From positions 1 through 64,000 of IMG/VR virus record IMGVR_UViG_3300045049_000234: 64,000 nucleotides of DNA, one strand, 5' to 3'. The notes under the pieces are model-generated. The model searched no databases. It had not been told where the DNA came from and was given only the letters and a program-made list of their open reading frames with translations. Positions 63,275 through 64,000 of the stretch are shown one piece after another. Both the position numbers and the translations under genes were made by a program. This stretch comes from a virus. How positions within the stretch are numbered: the stretch's first letter is position 1; every line of letters starts with the position of its first letter.

Positions 63275-63725
63275 GCGAATAGCGCCCGTCGTCGGTCAGC
63301 AGGACCGGCCCCGCCATGGCGCGAACGTACACCGGCGTGCGGGCCGGTTCCTCATGCGCGCCCAGCAGCCATCCCCGCGCGTACGCCTCGCGCCGGTTCG
63401 ACTCGATCCACCCGTGACATCCGGTGGTCCCGCTGCCGCACACGTACATCAGATTGCTGGCCCGGTTGACCGCCGGATCGGTGGTCCCGCCCGCCCGGCG
63501 CGGCTTACGGTGGTGCAGCGACACCGCACCGGCGCCCAACGGCGCCCCGCACCGTTCGCACCGCCCGCCGCACCGTTCCCACACCATTTCGCGTACGTCC
63601 CGGCTCGGTCCGGTGTAGCGGCGCGGCTTGGCGCCGTCGGCGCGGTGCGCGCCCTTGGACTTCAGCGGGGTGCGGCGGACAAGTCCTCTGCGTCGCGGGT
63701 CTCCGCCCGCCGTTCCCGGTTCCAC
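63258..63725 (-). CDS. HNH endonuclease
   Basis: VWERCGGRCERC, LHHRKPR, NL..VCGSGTTGCHG.IE; start uncertain. Confidence 0.8.
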   Translation of the reverse strand: MEPGTAGGDPRRRGLVRRTPLKSKGAHRADGAKPRRYTGPSRDVREMVWERCGGRCERCGAPLGAGAVSLHHRKPRRAGGTTDPAVNRASNLMYVCGSGTTGCHGWIESNRREAYARGWLLGAHEEPARTPVYVRAMAGPVLLTDDGRYSLILRE

Positions 63726-63925
63726 ATCCGACCCCCCGCCACGCCGATGAACTTGCGGTCCCGCCGCGCCCAGTCTAGACACTGGCGCGAGACGGGACAC
63801 CCGTGGCAGTAGCCCATCGCCGCGACGCGGTCCGCCTCGTTCTCCCCGTCGAACAGCCACGGGTCGGCGCCCCGGCACGCGGCGTCGGCGCGCCAGGGCT
63901 CCCGTCCCATCGCGATCGTGATCAC
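63662..63925 (-). CDS. whiB: WhiB-family transcription factor
   Basis: W...AACRG.DP.LF...CHGCPVSRQCL.WA...GVAGG. Confidence 0.9.
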   Translation of the reverse strand: MITIAMGREPWRADAACRGADPWLFDGENEADRVAAMGYCHGCPVSRQCLDWARRDRKFIGVAGGRMWNRERRAETRDAEDLSAAPR

Positions 63926-64000
63926 GCGTCCGCCGCCGTGCGCGCCTTGCGGATCTGCGCGCGGGCGCGGGCGATGTGCACACGCACCTGATCCGGCCGT

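Noticed and set aside
1-64000. Prophage boundaries, integrase or att site
   Set aside because: No integrase, host housekeeping genes or att-like duplication were seen, so lifestyle cannot be determined from this window.

Overview
The window is a continuous ~64 kb segment of a high-GC tailed phage, most likely a siphovirus of an actinomycete host (WhiB, GH25 endolysin, TROVE protein). No host genes, integrase or terminase are recognisable. Left arm (1-9.5 kb, minus strand): small early genes plus a tRNA cluster (Leu-UAG, Glu-UUC, Glu-CUC and a tRNA-like element without an anticodon arm). Central block (9.5-44 kb, plus strand): virion and lysis genes, including a portal-MuF-ParB-2H phosphoesterase polyprotein, protease/scaffold, capsid, tail tube, a probable +1 frameshifted tail chaperone, tape measure, minor tail proteins and endolysin. 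Right arm (44-64 kb, mostly minus strand): accessory and recombination genes, transcribed from a family of ~16 TTGAC-nnn-GCTA promoters spread over both arms. Two RNA-based systems stand out. (1) A Ro60/TROVE gene is preceded by nine Y-RNA-like units. They share one scaffold but carry differently permuted tRNA pieces and present different anticodon loops (Tyr, Trp, Gly, Ser-like, Lys, Pro, Cys-like). (2) A stand-alone RAMP/Cas7-like gene and a winged-helix partner are flanked by non-coding GGY-NN pentamer arrays punctuated by hairpins, a candidate non-CRISPR RNA-guided system. All calls come from reading motifs by eye; no searches were run.
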